Shown: in pieces, positions 22,062-32,859 of the stretch
Layout: each line of letters begins with the position of its first letter
Numbering within the stretch: position 1 is the first letter of the stretch
Source of the DNA: a virus
Strand: one strand, 5' to 3'
DNA: 64,000 nt
IMG/VR virus record: IMGVR_UViG_3300008459_000024
Location: 14,305 to 78,304 of that record
The notes under the pieces: model-generated
Seen by the model: only the letters and a program-made list of their open reading frames with translations
Database searches by the model: none
Told to the model about the DNA's origin: nothing
Program-made: the position numbers and the translations under genes

Positions 22062-22514
22062 TTAAACCAAGTAGTAACCCATGTAGAATTGTGTTAATTT
22101 TTTTGACGACAATACCTCAGTCAATGAGAATAAAATATTCTTCAAATAAGGTCTAACATCAACCGTGTATCTAACTTTTGGTGGGTATAATTTAGCGTCA
22201 AAGGTATAGTGACACAATAAATGTTCTCCGTTTCTAACGTAGATATTAAACGTCTCAGGACCATCAGTAAATGATGTATTTAGAATCTCGGGGTCCTCAG
22301 TAATCTGATACTGATTATCCAACATATAACCCAATGTCTTCATTTTAAAATCACGTTTTAAATCTTCGACAAATCCACCCATAATCTCGTTCATTTCAAC
22401 CGAGCGATGAGCTTTTGGGTTATACCCTTTCACGTTAAAAAATCTCTGAACAATAAAATTGTTGTTCACTGTCATTAGAAACTCTAGTTTCGTAATGTCT
22501 TGCTGTTCTCTCAT
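22062..22514 (-). CDS. hypothetical protein
   Basis: 150 aa ORF within the replication block. Confidence 0.6.
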   Translation of the reverse strand: MREQQDITKLEFLMTVNNNFIVQRFFNVKGYNPKAHRSVEMNEIMGGFVEDLKRDFKMKTLGYMLDNQYQITEDPEILNTSFTDGPETFNIYVRNGEHLLCHYTFDAKLYPPKVRYTVDVRPYLKNILFSLTEVLSSKKLTQFYMGYYLV

Positions 22515-22526
22515 AATTTTTGATTT

Positions 22527-23522
22527 TTACTTTTTGTTTTTTTCTTTTCTGGTTAACTTCATAAATGGTTTTAAAAAATATGTCCATGAGTCGTCACCCT
22601 TAGGGAGATACTTGAATAATCCGTCCTCAACCATATAACGGATAATATTCTTGTAACTTCTTCCTTCAGTTTCTAATGTTTCATTGACAATTTGGGAAAT
22701 TTCTTCTTTGTCCTCGTCTTTGAGGAGTGGGTTTGATAAATCAACGATTTGCTCATTTACTTCAAAAAATTCGTTTTCAAATATACCTGACTTTGTTTTT
22801 CCTGTTAGAAGATTTTTTAAAGTTTGATTATCTTTATTCTCCTTTAATAAATCTTCAGCTCTTATTAAAATATCGGAATAACTAACCTCTTTTTCAAGTA
22901 TCTCAGGAAAAAATTTCACTAATGTTTTTTCTCCAAGCAAATAGATACCCTCTATATTATCAGATTTATCACCTGTTAATATTTTTAAAGTTTTCACATT
23001 ATAGTGAGGGTATTCAAAGTCGTCAAATTTAATCTTATCTCCGTGTTTAAACGTAGCTTTAAGTGAAGGTGAGTATACTGACACCTTTTCGGAAATTAAT
23101 TGGGTTAAATCCCTGTCTGATGAAAAAATTAATTTTTGTTCATTCTCAGATATGTGACAATAGTGAGCAATTAAATCGTCAGCTTCTCTGCCGGCAATTT
23201 CAAGTTGTCTAATGTATACTTCTTCGAGATATTGTTTAATCCTATTTTTCTGTTTTAGATAAGACATAAAAATAGGTTCTTCCATAGTTAATCTACGGTT
23301 CTGTTTGTATTTGGGGTAAAGAACTCCACGAATACTCGTAGAGTCCTCTCCATCCCAAAGTACCACCACTTTATCAAAGTTTTGTTCTTCAATAAACTTT
23401 CTTAATGTGTTGATGAAGTGATAAATTGCCCCAATATGTTCCCCATTGTGGAAGTAATCCTTCACACCATGAAACCCAATCTTCATCAAATTATTCCCAT
23501 CAACAAGGAGCGTTTTTTTCAC
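22527..23522 (-). CDS. 5'-3' exonuclease/flap endonuclease (T4 RNase H-like)
   Basis: LLVDGNNL, YPKYKQNR, EADD, SSDRD, GDKSDNIEG. Alternative start codon (GTG). Confidence 0.92.
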   Translation of the reverse strand: MKKTLLVDGNNLMKIGFHGVKDYFHNGEHIGAIYHFINTLRKFIEEQNFDKVVVLWDGEDSTSIRGVLYPKYKQNRRLTMEEPIFMSYLKQKNRIKQYLEEVYIRQLEIAGREADDLIAHYCHISENEQKLIFSSDRDLTQLISEKVSVYSPSLKATFKHGDKIKFDDFEYPHYNVKTLKILTGDKSDNIEGIYLLGEKTLVKFFPEILEKEVSYSDILIRAEDLLKENKDNQTLKNLLTGKTKSGIFENEFFEVNEQIVDLSNPLLKDEDKEEISQIVNETLETEGRSYKNIIRYMVEDGLFKYLPKGDDSWTYFLKPFMKLTRKEKNKK

Positions 23523-23531
23523 AAAAAAATA

Positions 23532-24530
23532 TTAAAATGATTCGTTTTCGTTTTCAAAAGTTTCTTCAGTTTCATCAAGAGTGATTTCTCCTGTACCTGA
23601 AAGAATTGCGTTCCAATATTGAGAATACTCCTTTTTATATTTTTCAAGAGCATCTTTATCATCAACAATATATCCTTGAGGTGTTGCAATAATCTTACCA
23701 TCTTTATATCCCAAACCATTAATGTGATTTTTTAATACTGAGATTTTAGTTCTAATAGCATAAGATACCGTTCTACCATTTTTAGTTGCCGTAATATGGT
23801 TAATACCTGCATTTTTCTGATTACCAAACAAGAATACAAGTGCCGATGCTAACCACATCGCCTCTCCACCTTTCGCTTTAATTGTTGGTTGCCCAAATGG
23901 ATTATCTGGTAATTCAACCCAAGGTTGATTAACAACAACCATTGTGTTTGTGTATGGATAATCTTCTTTACGAGACTTAGTGATACGAGCTTGGATACCC
24001 ATACCGATTTTATCCGCCAATACTGATGCGTTATGTTGCTTTCCACCCTTACCATCAAAAGTCATTTTACAAGGGATTGACCCAACTGAATCCCAAAGGA
24101 AACAAAGTGAATAAGGAATATTACCTTTTTCTTGTTCATCTAATAATTCATTGATGTAATCGGTAACTTGCTCAATGTAGTCAAAATTATCATTAAAAAT
24201 AAATTGACCGTCCCATTCTCCGTCAACCATTTTAGCTTCAAGTCCTAACTCCACGGCGTGGTCCCACGACCACTTTTTTTCGCTAATAATGAAAACGGGT
24301 AAATGCCCCTTCTTCTGAGCCGAAACAGCAGCTTTAACAAGAGCTGTGGTTTTTGAAGAGTTCGAATGACCGAGGAACATATTGATGTTACCCAAAGCAG
24401 GACCAGGTAGACCACAAGCACTATGAAAAGCTTCGTCGACTTCATAGAACTCCGTATCTTTGTATTTAGTTTTTGTAGAATACTTGTTTTTGATTGCATC
24501 TAATGAGAATTCTTTTTTCTTTATCGCCAT
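23532..24530 (-). CDS. recA: RecA/UvsX-like recombinase
   Basis: Walker A variant GHSNSSKTT, FLWDSVG Walker B, VVVNQ, KGGEA, KNHI. Confidence 0.85.
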   Translation of the reverse strand: MAIKKKEFSLDAIKNKYSTKTKYKDTEFYEVDEAFHSACGLPGPALGNINMFLGHSNSSKTTALVKAAVSAQKKGHLPVFIISEKKWSWDHAVELGLEAKMVDGEWDGQFIFNDNFDYIEQVTDYINELLDEQEKGNIPYSLCFLWDSVGSIPCKMTFDGKGGKQHNASVLADKIGMGIQARITKSRKEDYPYTNTMVVVNQPWVELPDNPFGQPTIKAKGGEAMWLASALVFLFGNQKNAGINHITATKNGRTVSYAIRTKISVLKNHINGLGYKDGKIIATPQGYIVDDKDALEKYKKEYSQYWNAILSGTGEITLDETEETFENENESF

Positions 24531-24566
24531 AAATGTCTATGCGTTTTAATTGTTAGTATAAAAATG

Positions 24567-24604
24567 AAAAAGGATGGACACTTTGTCTATGCTAGTGTCC
24601 ATCC
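24567..24604 (-). terminator. terminator-like hairpin between ssb and recA
   Basis: 11-bp perfect stem GGATGGACACT/AGTGTCCATCC followed by TTTTT. Confidence 0.75.
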
Positions 24605-24611
24605 GTATAAA

Positions 24612-25457
24612 TTAGAATGGTAAATCACCATCAGGTTCGTCACCAGCTTGTGGGTCAACAATTGACATGTTTCCACCACCAACACTCATTTCAGAAGCCT
24701 CGTCACCGTAGACATACTTACCTAATTCAGATGACCATCTTGGTGTTTCTCCACGAGCGATTGCTTCCAAATACTCAACAGGTTTTTTAGAGTAAACATC
24801 TGCCCAAGTAAGTGGGTCTTCAATCCATGATTTAGCAGTCTCAGCATCTGCATGAACAGGAGATGGGTCATCGTGCATCACAGTCTGAATAACTGTGTAG
24901 GTAGCACCTTTTGGAGTTTTTGCCTTAGTCAACTCGATGATTAAGTCACGACCATTAGTAGGGTCAGTAATATCTCCTTTAGCTTTCCAAATTGGGATGA
25001 TTTTGTCCAAGATACCCTCGTTCTTGTAATTGTGTTTGAATCTCCAAAACTTAACACCGTCCGCCTCATTGTCTCGGTCAATAACCTTAACGATATAGAA
25101 TTTACGAGGTTTATAAGATTTTGCAAGTTCCTTATCGGACTCTTTACCTGTTGACATAAGTTCATCATGAATTTCTGTCAAAGGAGAACGTTCATTGTCG
25201 TTTTTACCTGGGTCATAGATTTTATTCCATTTACCTTCAACTTGAACCTCGTGGTACCATACTTCTTTAAAAGGAGATGAACCATCAGGTGTTGGCAAAA
25301 TACGAAGACGTTTTTGTCCCGAGTTCTCATTCTGCGTCAAGATAGCCGCAAAATATTTTTTCATTCTGTCTTCTTGAGACATTTTGTTCGCAGAGCTTCC
25401 TCCGCTTTTCGCTTTTTCATACTGAGCGAGTACAGCATCTAGTGAATTTGTCGCCAT
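24612..25457 (-). CDS. single-stranded DNA-binding protein (gp32-like)
   Basis: RLRILP, EVWYH, YIVKVIDR, GDITDPTNGRDL, acidic tail ending DGDLPF. Confidence 0.85.
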   Translation of the reverse strand: MATNSLDAVLAQYEKAKSGGSSANKMSQEDRMKKYFAAILTQNENSGQKRLRILPTPDGSSPFKEVWYHEVQVEGKWNKIYDPGKNDNERSPLTEIHDELMSTGKESDKELAKSYKPRKFYIVKVIDRDNEADGVKFWRFKHNYKNEGILDKIIPIWKAKGDITDPTNGRDLIIELTKAKTPKGATYTVIQTVMHDDPSPVHADAETAKSWIEDPLTWADVYSKKPVEYLEAIARGETPRWSSELGKYVYGDEASEMSVGGGNMSIVDPQAGDEPDGDLPF

Positions 25458-25486
25458 GATATATATAAATTAATAGTTAATAAACA

Positions 25487-25515
25487 AGTATAAGTGTGTC
25501 AGCCGTAATAGTCAA
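25487..25515 (-). promoter_or_regulatory. host-sigma (early/middle) promoter for ssb-recA-exo-dnaB
   Basis: TTGACT-N17-TATACT. Also fits the Bacteroidota TTTG-N20-TAnnTTTG pattern with one mismatch. Confidence 0.7.
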
Positions 25516-25524
25516 ATATTTTGA

Positions 25525-26190
25525 TTAAGACTTAACTGGTTGGTATTCTCCAGGTTCAGAATAATCATTGAATGTTCCTTTGATTTCATTGGGTGAGAAG
25601 TCTTGAATCTCGTCTGTAGTTAAAACATACTCATTTTTACCCGACTTTTTCATATCTTCTTCCTTATCTTCAAAAAAATCACTTAATTTTTGGTTGTATG
25701 GTCCCGAATCCAAACTTCTCAATTCCAACTTTTCTTCAGGAGTTTTTTCTCTATATTTCTCAATTTTCGCTTCAATGTCGTTTAACTTTTGTACAAGTCC
25801 GTCCATTTCAGATAATTTACTTTCCAAGTTTGAAATTTGAGTAAATAAATTATTAAAATATTCCTCTTGTTTAGTTTCAACATTTTTTTGAGAATTTACC
25901 AAATCAGTTATATCTAATTCCTCAGTTGACTCTTCTTCTGAACCGATTTTTTCAACTTCAGGGTCATTTGCAACATCTATTGGTTGTGGTTCAGTTGTTT
26001 CAGGTGCCGGTGGAGGTGTTGTACCAGCATCGGGAGCCGGTGCCGTTGCGTCAGTTGCAGGTTCTTCAACAGGAGGTAAATCGGTAGGTAATGCTTCTTG
26101 CTCTGTGATATAATTATTAATTTTATTATACCTTGTCAATTCCTCAAGAATCGCATTTGATATTTCTGATTTGTTTTTCATATTATCCAT
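25525..26190 (-). CDS. hypothetical acidic coiled-coil protein with Pro/Ala linker
   Basis: 221 aa. Confidence 0.6.
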   Translation of the reverse strand: MDNMKNKSEISNAILEELTRYNKINNYITEQEALPTDLPPVEEPATDATAPAPDAGTTPPPAPETTEPQPIDVANDPEVEKIGSEEESTEELDITDLVNSQKNVETKQEEYFNNLFTQISNLESKLSEMDGLVQKLNDIEAKIEKYREKTPEEKLELRSLDSGPYNQKLSDFFEDKEEDMKKSGKNEYVLTTDEIQDFSPNEIKGTFNDYSEPGEYQPVKS

Positions 26191-26407
26191 TTAATAACTG
26201 TTTTATACCAGTTGTAGTTTCTACTTTTATTTTTTTGTTTGTATACATAGTGTTGTCAACTCTTTCAATTAAACCATCCTTCATTCTGATAGTGTAACAG
26301 TCACCAGTATCTAAATCACACACTTCTTTAAACCCATTACCTTTGTCGGTCTCAGTGATTCTTGTATTTCTTCCAAGATATCTATCAAGTATTTCTTTTG
26401 TGCTCAT
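26183..26407 (-). CDS. small hypothetical protein
   Basis: 74 aa, preceded by TATTTAT, contains EVCDLDTGDC. Confidence 0.6.
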   Translation of the reverse strand: MSTKEILDRYLGRNTRITETDKGNGFKEVCDLDTGDCYTIRMKDGLIERVDNTMYTNKKIKVETTTGIKQLLNG

Positions 26408-26450
26408 ATTATTTTTATATATAAATATGTAGTTTATTTCATTTTTTCAA

Positions 26451-29400
26451 TTATATACCGTTAGCGCTAGCCAAATTAAAATAAGTTTTCACGTTAGTTT
26501 CTAATTGTGTAACACTATCCGGATTATTTGTTTTGTAAGTATCGTAATAATTTGTAGTTGTTCCCGTATCATTAATCAATTGTTTAACAAACTGTGTCGC
26601 AAATTCATTAATATCTGTAAAATTAGTTACTGAATTAAGATATACCGGAACAAACTTACTATTAATAAAAGTCAAAGATTTTTCAGGTGTTTCAAAAACC
26701 GCATATGTATTAGTACTACCATTCTCATCATCCAAACAAATAAACTCCTCATTAAAGAATGATGATAAAGTTCCACCCCATATTCCCCCATCAAGTCTTG
26801 CTAATATTAAATTGTTATTCCAAGTTTTTATTTTAGTAGAAGCCGCATCATAACTAAACGATAATATAAGAGTTAGTAAAATTTTTCTTGAGTTTACATC
26901 AGTTGTTAATCCATTAATCTTACTAACAATATCCGAAATAGTGAAATTAGTTTCAACTGGATTTGTAGATGCGTAAGTACTGTAGGGTTGAGCAGGTTCA
27001 CAAATTTGTGAGGATGCGGGTTTTCTTTTTTGAATTAATGACTTAGTTGTATTCGTTTGTTGTTGGTTAATATTAGTGGTAGTATTTGTCGCAGTTGCGG
27101 CTCTAGAAACTTTATTAGAATAATTATTTCTAGCGTCAGTTATTAACTGTCGTTTAAGTGACATTAATATTGGATTGACATACGGTAATGTTGTTACTTT
27201 TTGTCTTTGTCCCGTGAAATCGGTACTGAACTCACCAGGCGCAATTGTGTGAACAACTTCTGTAATATAATAAGAACCAGCAAACATAGGAACATTTCGT
27301 AACACAAAATAGTTTGTTGGTTGAATCATCATATTACCTAGACACCGTATTCTCGCCTTGTATTGTCGAGTTTTAAATACATTATATAAACTAACAGACT
27401 GTGTGTTTGTTCTCGACCCTGACTGACTTGTTGCCAATCTAAAATTAGCATCCAAAGATTCACTTGTTGCCTCCCCATTATCTTGTGATACATTAATTGA
27501 CGTAAAAACATTTTGATTTTGTAATCCAAAGTCAACCGCAAATCCAACAGTCTTATTAGATAACGCCCAATCAGTTTTACCAAATTGATTCTCAATTATA
27601 GGATTTGCGCTAGTTTTTGATAAATCAAAACTATCCGAATTATACCCATTATTAATATTTTTATTATTCAATTGTTCGGAAGGCTTTTGTTGGTAAACAC
27701 AAACCATTTTTGGTTTGGTTTCTTGGAAATCGACATTATCAAATACCCCAAATAATTTATCGGCAAACAACTCTTCAGGGTCCTCATTATTTTGATTATC
27801 CCCCTGCGGAGTTATTGAGTTATAATAATTAATATAGATAGGGTTATAAGAAATAATAAAACCATTCTCTCTAATTATATTCTCAATAATTTCGTAAGTT
27901 TGAGTTTTTTGACTTGAGTTTTTTAAAGTTTTAGTAAGTTCTGTCACATTAACAATTATTTGGTCGGATATGTTTCTATTGGCTCTATCCAACAACAACA
28001 CGTCTTCCAATAATGTTTGTGAACTATAGTTATTTCCCGCAACCCATTTATCATTTAAAGATTTAAATAAATCATAAAGTTCAACTTTAGTTAAATAAGA
28101 TTTTAATGGAGAATCACTTAAATCGTTCTCAGTTTTAACTGTTTGTGGTAATTTACCAGTTAATGTTTGGAATGTCTGAGTGAATAAGTTATTTTGGAAA
28201 TCCTCAATATCCGCAAAATAACTATCTAATAAAGTAACAAAAGAATCTTTAGTTAATGTTGGGTCAAGTAATTTTTGACTCGCAAATACTTTAATTAGTG
28301 AGGAATAATATTCGATATTATTAATTGTAAATCCGATATTCATCACAGGGAAAAAGTCAGTAATATATGACCCAGTATCTGAGTACACTAATTCATTTAT
28401 CGTTGAGAACCCTACATGTGTTTTAAGTGTTTTCCACTCTTCAGGGTAGTTCGCTAACGATACTGATAATGTGATTGTATTTGCCGTAGTAGGTACTGCG
28501 TTTGGCGTTCCACTATTGTAATCCACCTCAACTTGTGAGTAATTTAATGGATTAGAAGATAAAGAACTAAATGATTGAGGGTTAAAATTATTAGGATTAC
28601 CCTTAACCATGATAAAGTTTTCTGAAAGCAATCCTGCCATAGTTGACACAAAATTATTTATTTGGTCGTTCTGAATTTTGATAACTACATCATCATCATT
28701 ATTACCAAGTACTTTGTAGTCGTATTGGAATAAATCAATCATGTTTTGGTGTAAGGTAAAATTGTTTGTAACCTCGAATCTTGTCTTAGAGTAATTTAAA
28801 AATTCCTGTTCAATAATATCAAGTTCATCTTTTTGGAAAACTGAGAATAATTCTTCAATTTTTGAATACGTTGAGTCACTTACCAAATCAAAAGATGACT
28901 GTAAAGTTGAGTTAGTATTAATTACTTTGAAGTACTCGTCGGGGGCGGGTAATGATATAGTTGAAGTGTTAAAATATCCATAGTTTGGTGCCCCCCATAA
29001 CAATCTCGCTGAACCGTTATACATAGAAGAATTACCCATTATAGGATTAACTAAACCTGTCACTGAAAAACATTCTTTTTCTGTCTGATTCACAGTTCCT
29101 CCAAACGAAGGTACCGTAACATATTTATTAGTTGCAATGTTTTTAATTAATATACTCCAGGCATTTAGGAATAACGATGATGTTGCTGTGTAATTAACTC
29201 TATTAATTTTAGAAGAATTAGGTAACAATATTATAATTTCACCACTTTGTATTCTATTATTAATAGCGTCCTGTATTGTTTGTACGGTAAGACCCGCATC
29301 TGATGGGTTATATATATTAACACCATTTACCAAATAAAAGAAATCATTAATTAATTTTGGATAAAATCCAATATTCACATAATCAATATCACCAACATCC

Positions 29401-32400
29401 GAACCTATTGTGGATTCTAACTTTATATTAACCGTATTTGAATTATATAAAATATTATACTGTGTTCCGTATAAACCATTTATTGGGTCGTATGCGTTTA
29501 ATTTATCAAAATCAGTTAAAGAATTACTTAAAATGTCAGTTCCAGTTTCAATATACTTCTTATATCTATACCACACACTTCCAAGTTTCGCAACCCATAA
29601 TTTTGGAACGGAATGAACCCCTCCAAACTTTTTAATAGTTGCCGCAATATAATCTAAATCATTACCAATGGATTCGTTAGAACTTTTATATTTTTCTTTT
29701 AACGTAGCCAAAGGCAAACTATTCAAAAAGAAGTAAGAACTTGTAACAAATGGATTCTCAGTTGTTTGTCTAACACTTTCAATATCCTGTATTAATGCAT
29801 TAATAAAATAAGGGGTGTTTAATATGGAGGTTGTTTGAGTATCACTCAATAAACTTGTATTTGTAGAATACAATAAATTACCCTCAGTGAAAACTTGAGT
29901 ATCTGTTCTATCAATATAAAAACTATTAATATTAACAGGGATAACAATAGTGTTTGTTAATACTTCGAAATTTGTATATGGTCTATTAAAGTTGTTATCA
30001 CCTGTCTTACCTGTAGTTTTTGGAGTTGTATAATTCGCAAACTTCTTAATGTTTGAGTTATAAATTAACGAATCTGAAGTTTTGTTAAAACTAACAAATT
30101 CGAATCCATCCACACTTGATGCTAAATTATTTTGGTTCCATGTATTAGAAATAAATGGATAAGTGTCGGTGAAATAAACAGGGTTTGTAGCACTTTGCCC
30201 TAAATATGATTCAATCACCCCTTCACTTTCTAAAGTAACTTTAACTTCAGGTAAGTCAGTATCTAAAATCTTAAAGTTATTATCAATTTCACTTTTTAAA
30301 TATTCAGTATTAAGAATACCATTTTGAAGTTTAATCCATTTATCAGTAGTCCCATTTAAAGTAATGCTCTTCAAATAGTTTTTAAATTCTATTGGACTAA
30401 ATTTGAAGTTTTTTAATAATTCAACTAAATCATAACTCTGTTTAGATATCCCATTTACAATATTCTCAGATTCCGCATCGGGTAAATATTTTAATATCAC
30501 ATCTGATATTAATCGAGTAAAACCTTGGTACTGAGAAATTGTAAGTATACGTTCATAAATCTCAAAAAGGAAATTGACAGTTTCTAAGTTAGAGTAAGGA
30601 TTATTCGTTGACGGTGTGTCAAATCCCGATATTATATTTCTATTTACTGCGGTTAAATTTATGGTTTGATTATTCGCAGGGGGGTCTAAATCTCTTTTCA
30701 AGTATCCTTTAACAAATTCTTCAACAAATTCAACTTCAGGCCAAATAGTAAAATCATTAGCCCTTGTAACTGAAATATAATCAGAATCACCAGGATACGC
30801 ATTCTCATAAACAGTATTATTGTTAACCTTTTTTTCTACAACAAACTGAGGCCAAGGATAAACTGGTGAATCCGGCAAATTTTCAATTATGTCAGATAAT
30901 TCAGGACTACCACCTGACGAGACGGCATTTCTTCTAAAAGTACTATCTCGGTTATCAAAAGCTTTGGTGTGTACGTCATCTAAAAGTAATAAAAAAGCCT
31001 CGGCTGAAGCTAAAATGACAGCAATTACATTTTTAACAGTAGGTTTAAATCCAAGTCCACTACTTGATTCTAAAATTCTATCTAATTCTTCAGATAAGTT
31101 GTTTTCAATTTCGTTTTCACTAGCCTTTAAATCTTGTCTAATTTTTTCACTTAAATTTGCATAATACCCATCCCCATCAAGTCGATAAAATGGTGAAACC
31201 TCAACATCCAATAAGCTATTAGCATTTGCAAATATTAACTCTAACTCAGTCCCAAATAAATCAATTTGTTCCTGAGTCGGAGGGGTCCCATTTCTTTTAG
31301 TTAATGTTTTTAAAATATCAACTTGTGAGATACTTAAAGTCGGCATTATTAAAGACGATAATGTTATAGGAACTTTAATCTCTTTACTTCCTCCCTCACC
31401 AAAAGTTGGATTGTTGTTCAAAATTTGATTATTTCTACTAATAGTTTCCTCAAGAACACTTAACGCCGTTACAGAATTTGTTAATTGTTCGGGTTTAAAT
31501 GTATAAATTTCATAATCCACATCATTCTCAGTAATTATGAATGGATTTTTAAGGTCCATATATGTTGAGAACCAAGAATTACTTTTAGTGAATATTTCTC
31601 CGTTATAGTTTATTATTGAACTTCTATAATTCTCAAAGTCTGTAAATGAATTAAATGATAATTTACCATATTCTCCCAAAGTAATATTAACAAAATTATC
31701 AAGTTTATTTATTAATTGGGGAACCGTAAGTTCGGGAAAACTTTCAGGAATCAATCCCTTTTTTTTGTAATTAGAATAAACTAATTTAATTTTTTCATAT
31801 CCCCTGTATGTGGTTATTTCAGATACAGACTTATTGTTACCTCCTATTTGAGTAGTTTGGTCAACTTGTTGGTTATTAGAGAACTTTTTAGTGTACATTT
31901 GAGGAACCGCAAATAAATCCGCATATTGCACATCTTTTAAAACACTAAACTGTTCAGTTCTAAATGTTAATTCTATTTCAAAATTACCAGAATTAGCATT
32001 CATCGAGGTGTAAAAATTGTTTAAGTATAATCGAGTTTTTGTCGCTTTACCATAATATCCTTTAAGTGTTAAATAAAAAACAGGCCATGGATAATTAAAA
32101 AATACAGAATACGCCGAGTCGTCCCCACCTTCAAAAAGTGACCTACCTCTGATATCCTCTAATGTTACTTGTACTTCAGGTACGAAACTTAATCCAACAT
32201 TAAACACGATTCTTGTAATACCAAGTAATTCTTTATTTATCGTATTCTGATTTGGTATACCTTCTTGTAGGTCGGTCCAATTTGTTGTTAATTCTTGGTT
32301 TCCATTTGGATTAAGGAAGTTGACCGTACCAGCAGCGACTTGGATTAATTGCCCTGAATTACCTTCGGTTCCTCTTACAAGCCTACTTCTAGGAACTAAG

Positions 32401-32546
32401 TCACATTCTAAATTAACATACATTACCAAGTCTTCTTGGTTAATTGTTCTTGGTTCGGGTAAATTTTGGTCATTATAAACCCTATTAGGGTCTACAACAA
32501 ATATATTATCAAAATTACTCTCTACATATATGTTTTTACTTGCCAT
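26451..32546 (-). CDS. very large baseplate hub protein (gp27/gpD-like termini)
   Basis: About 2030 aa. N-terminal LLGITRI...VQVTLEDIRG and C-terminal CLGNMMIQP...GSYYITEVVHTI...FSTDFTG fit hub proteins. Likely start MASKN. Confidence 0.65.
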   Translation of the reverse strand: MASKNIYVESNFDNIFVVDPNRVYNDQNLPEPRTINQEDLVMYVNLECDLVPRSRLVRGTEGNSGQLIQVAAGTVNFLNPNGNQELTTNWTDLQEGIPNQNTINKELLGITRIVFNVGLSFVPEVQVTLEDIRGRSLFEGGDDSAYSVFFNYPWPVFYLTLKGYYGKATKTRLYLNNFYTSMNANSGNFEIELTFRTEQFSVLKDVQYADLFAVPQMYTKKFSNNQQVDQTTQIGGNNKSVSEITTYRGYEKIKLVYSNYKKKGLIPESFPELTVPQLINKLDNFVNITLGEYGKLSFNSFTDFENYRSSIINYNGEIFTKSNSWFSTYMDLKNPFIITENDVDYEIYTFKPEQLTNSVTALSVLEETISRNNQILNNNPTFGEGGSKEIKVPITLSSLIMPTLSISQVDILKTLTKRNGTPPTQEQIDLFGTELELIFANANSLLDVEVSPFYRLDGDGYYANLSEKIRQDLKASENEIENNLSEELDRILESSSGLGFKPTVKNVIAVILASAEAFLLLLDDVHTKAFDNRDSTFRRNAVSSGGSPELSDIIENLPDSPVYPWPQFVVEKKVNNNTVYENAYPGDSDYISVTRANDFTIWPEVEFVEEFVKGYLKRDLDPPANNQTINLTAVNRNIISGFDTPSTNNPYSNLETVNFLFEIYERILTISQYQGFTRLISDVILKYLPDAESENIVNGISKQSYDLVELLKNFKFSPIEFKNYLKSITLNGTTDKWIKLQNGILNTEYLKSEIDNNFKILDTDLPEVKVTLESEGVIESYLGQSATNPVYFTDTYPFISNTWNQNNLASSVDGFEFVSFNKTSDSLIYNSNIKKFANYTTPKTTGKTGDNNFNRPYTNFEVLTNTIVIPVNINSFYIDRTDTQVFTEGNLLYSTNTSLLSDTQTTSILNTPYFINALIQDIESVRQTTENPFVTSSYFFLNSLPLATLKEKYKSSNESIGNDLDYIAATIKKFGGVHSVPKLWVAKLGSVWYRYKKYIETGTDILSNSLTDFDKLNAYDPINGLYGTQYNILYNSNTVNIKLESTIGSDVGDIDYVNIGFYPKLINDFFYLVNGVNIYNPSDAGLTVQTIQDAINNRIQSGEIIILLPNSSKINRVNYTATSSLFLNAWSILIKNIATNKYVTVPSFGGTVNQTEKECFSVTGLVNPIMGNSSMYNGSARLLWGAPNYGYFNTSTISLPAPDEYFKVINTNSTLQSSFDLVSDSTYSKIEELFSVFQKDELDIIEQEFLNYSKTRFEVTNNFTLHQNMIDLFQYDYKVLGNNDDDVVIKIQNDQINNFVSTMAGLLSENFIMVKGNPNNFNPQSFSSLSSNPLNYSQVEVDYNSGTPNAVPTTANTITLSVSLANYPEEWKTLKTHVGFSTINELVYSDTGSYITDFFPVMNIGFTINNIEYYSSLIKVFASQKLLDPTLTKDSFVTLLDSYFADIEDFQNNLFTQTFQTLTGKLPQTVKTENDLSDSPLKSYLTKVELYDLFKSLNDKWVAGNNYSSQTLLEDVLLLDRANRNISDQIIVNVTELTKTLKNSSQKTQTYEIIENIIRENGFIISYNPIYINYYNSITPQGDNQNNEDPEELFADKLFGVFDNVDFQETKPKMVCVYQQKPSEQLNNKNINNGYNSDSFDLSKTSANPIIENQFGKTDWALSNKTVGFAVDFGLQNQNVFTSINVSQDNGEATSESLDANFRLATSQSGSRTNTQSVSLYNVFKTRQYKARIRCLGNMMIQPTNYFVLRNVPMFAGSYYITEVVHTIAPGEFSTDFTGQRQKVTTLPYVNPILMSLKRQLITDARNNYSNKVSRAATATNTTTNINQQQTNTTKSLIQKRKPASSQICEPAQPYSTYASTNPVETNFTISDIVSKINGLTTDVNSRKILLTLILSFSYDAASTKIKTWNNNLILARLDGGIWGGTLSSFFNEEFICLDDENGSTNTYAVFETPEKSLTFINSKFVPVYLNSVTNFTDINEFATQFVKQLINDTGTTTNYYDTYKTNNPDSVTQLETNVKTYFNLASANGI

Positions 32547-32859
32547 AATAATAAAAATATTGGTCAATTGCCGACTTATAATCTAACAAAGACGGTGTTA
32601 AAGGAAACGGTATAGTCAATATGGTATTATCAGTAATGTTTAATTCAGAACCTCCTTGTATCCCATTTGCTTGTAATATTAACCATCCAAAAAAAGGAGT
32701 TCCGTAATATAGTTGGGATATCTTATCTAATCTTGATGTGTTGATTTTATATACGTGAGTTTTGTCTGTAGATTTTGAAGGTAACTTAACATACGGTACC
32801 ACAGTTTGCATACCATTAGAAACTAAGTTTTGATATCGATTATAATATAAATCAGCCAT
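32536..32859 (-). CDS. LysM-like baseplate protein (gpX/gp53-like)
   Basis: RLDKISQLYYGTPFFGWLILQAN...LTIP. Confidence 0.8.
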   Translation of the reverse strand: MADLYYNRYQNLVSNGMQTVVPYVKLPSKSTDKTHVYKINTSRLDKISQLYYGTPFFGWLILQANGIQGGSELNITDNTILTIPFPLTPSLLDYKSAIDQYFYYYGK

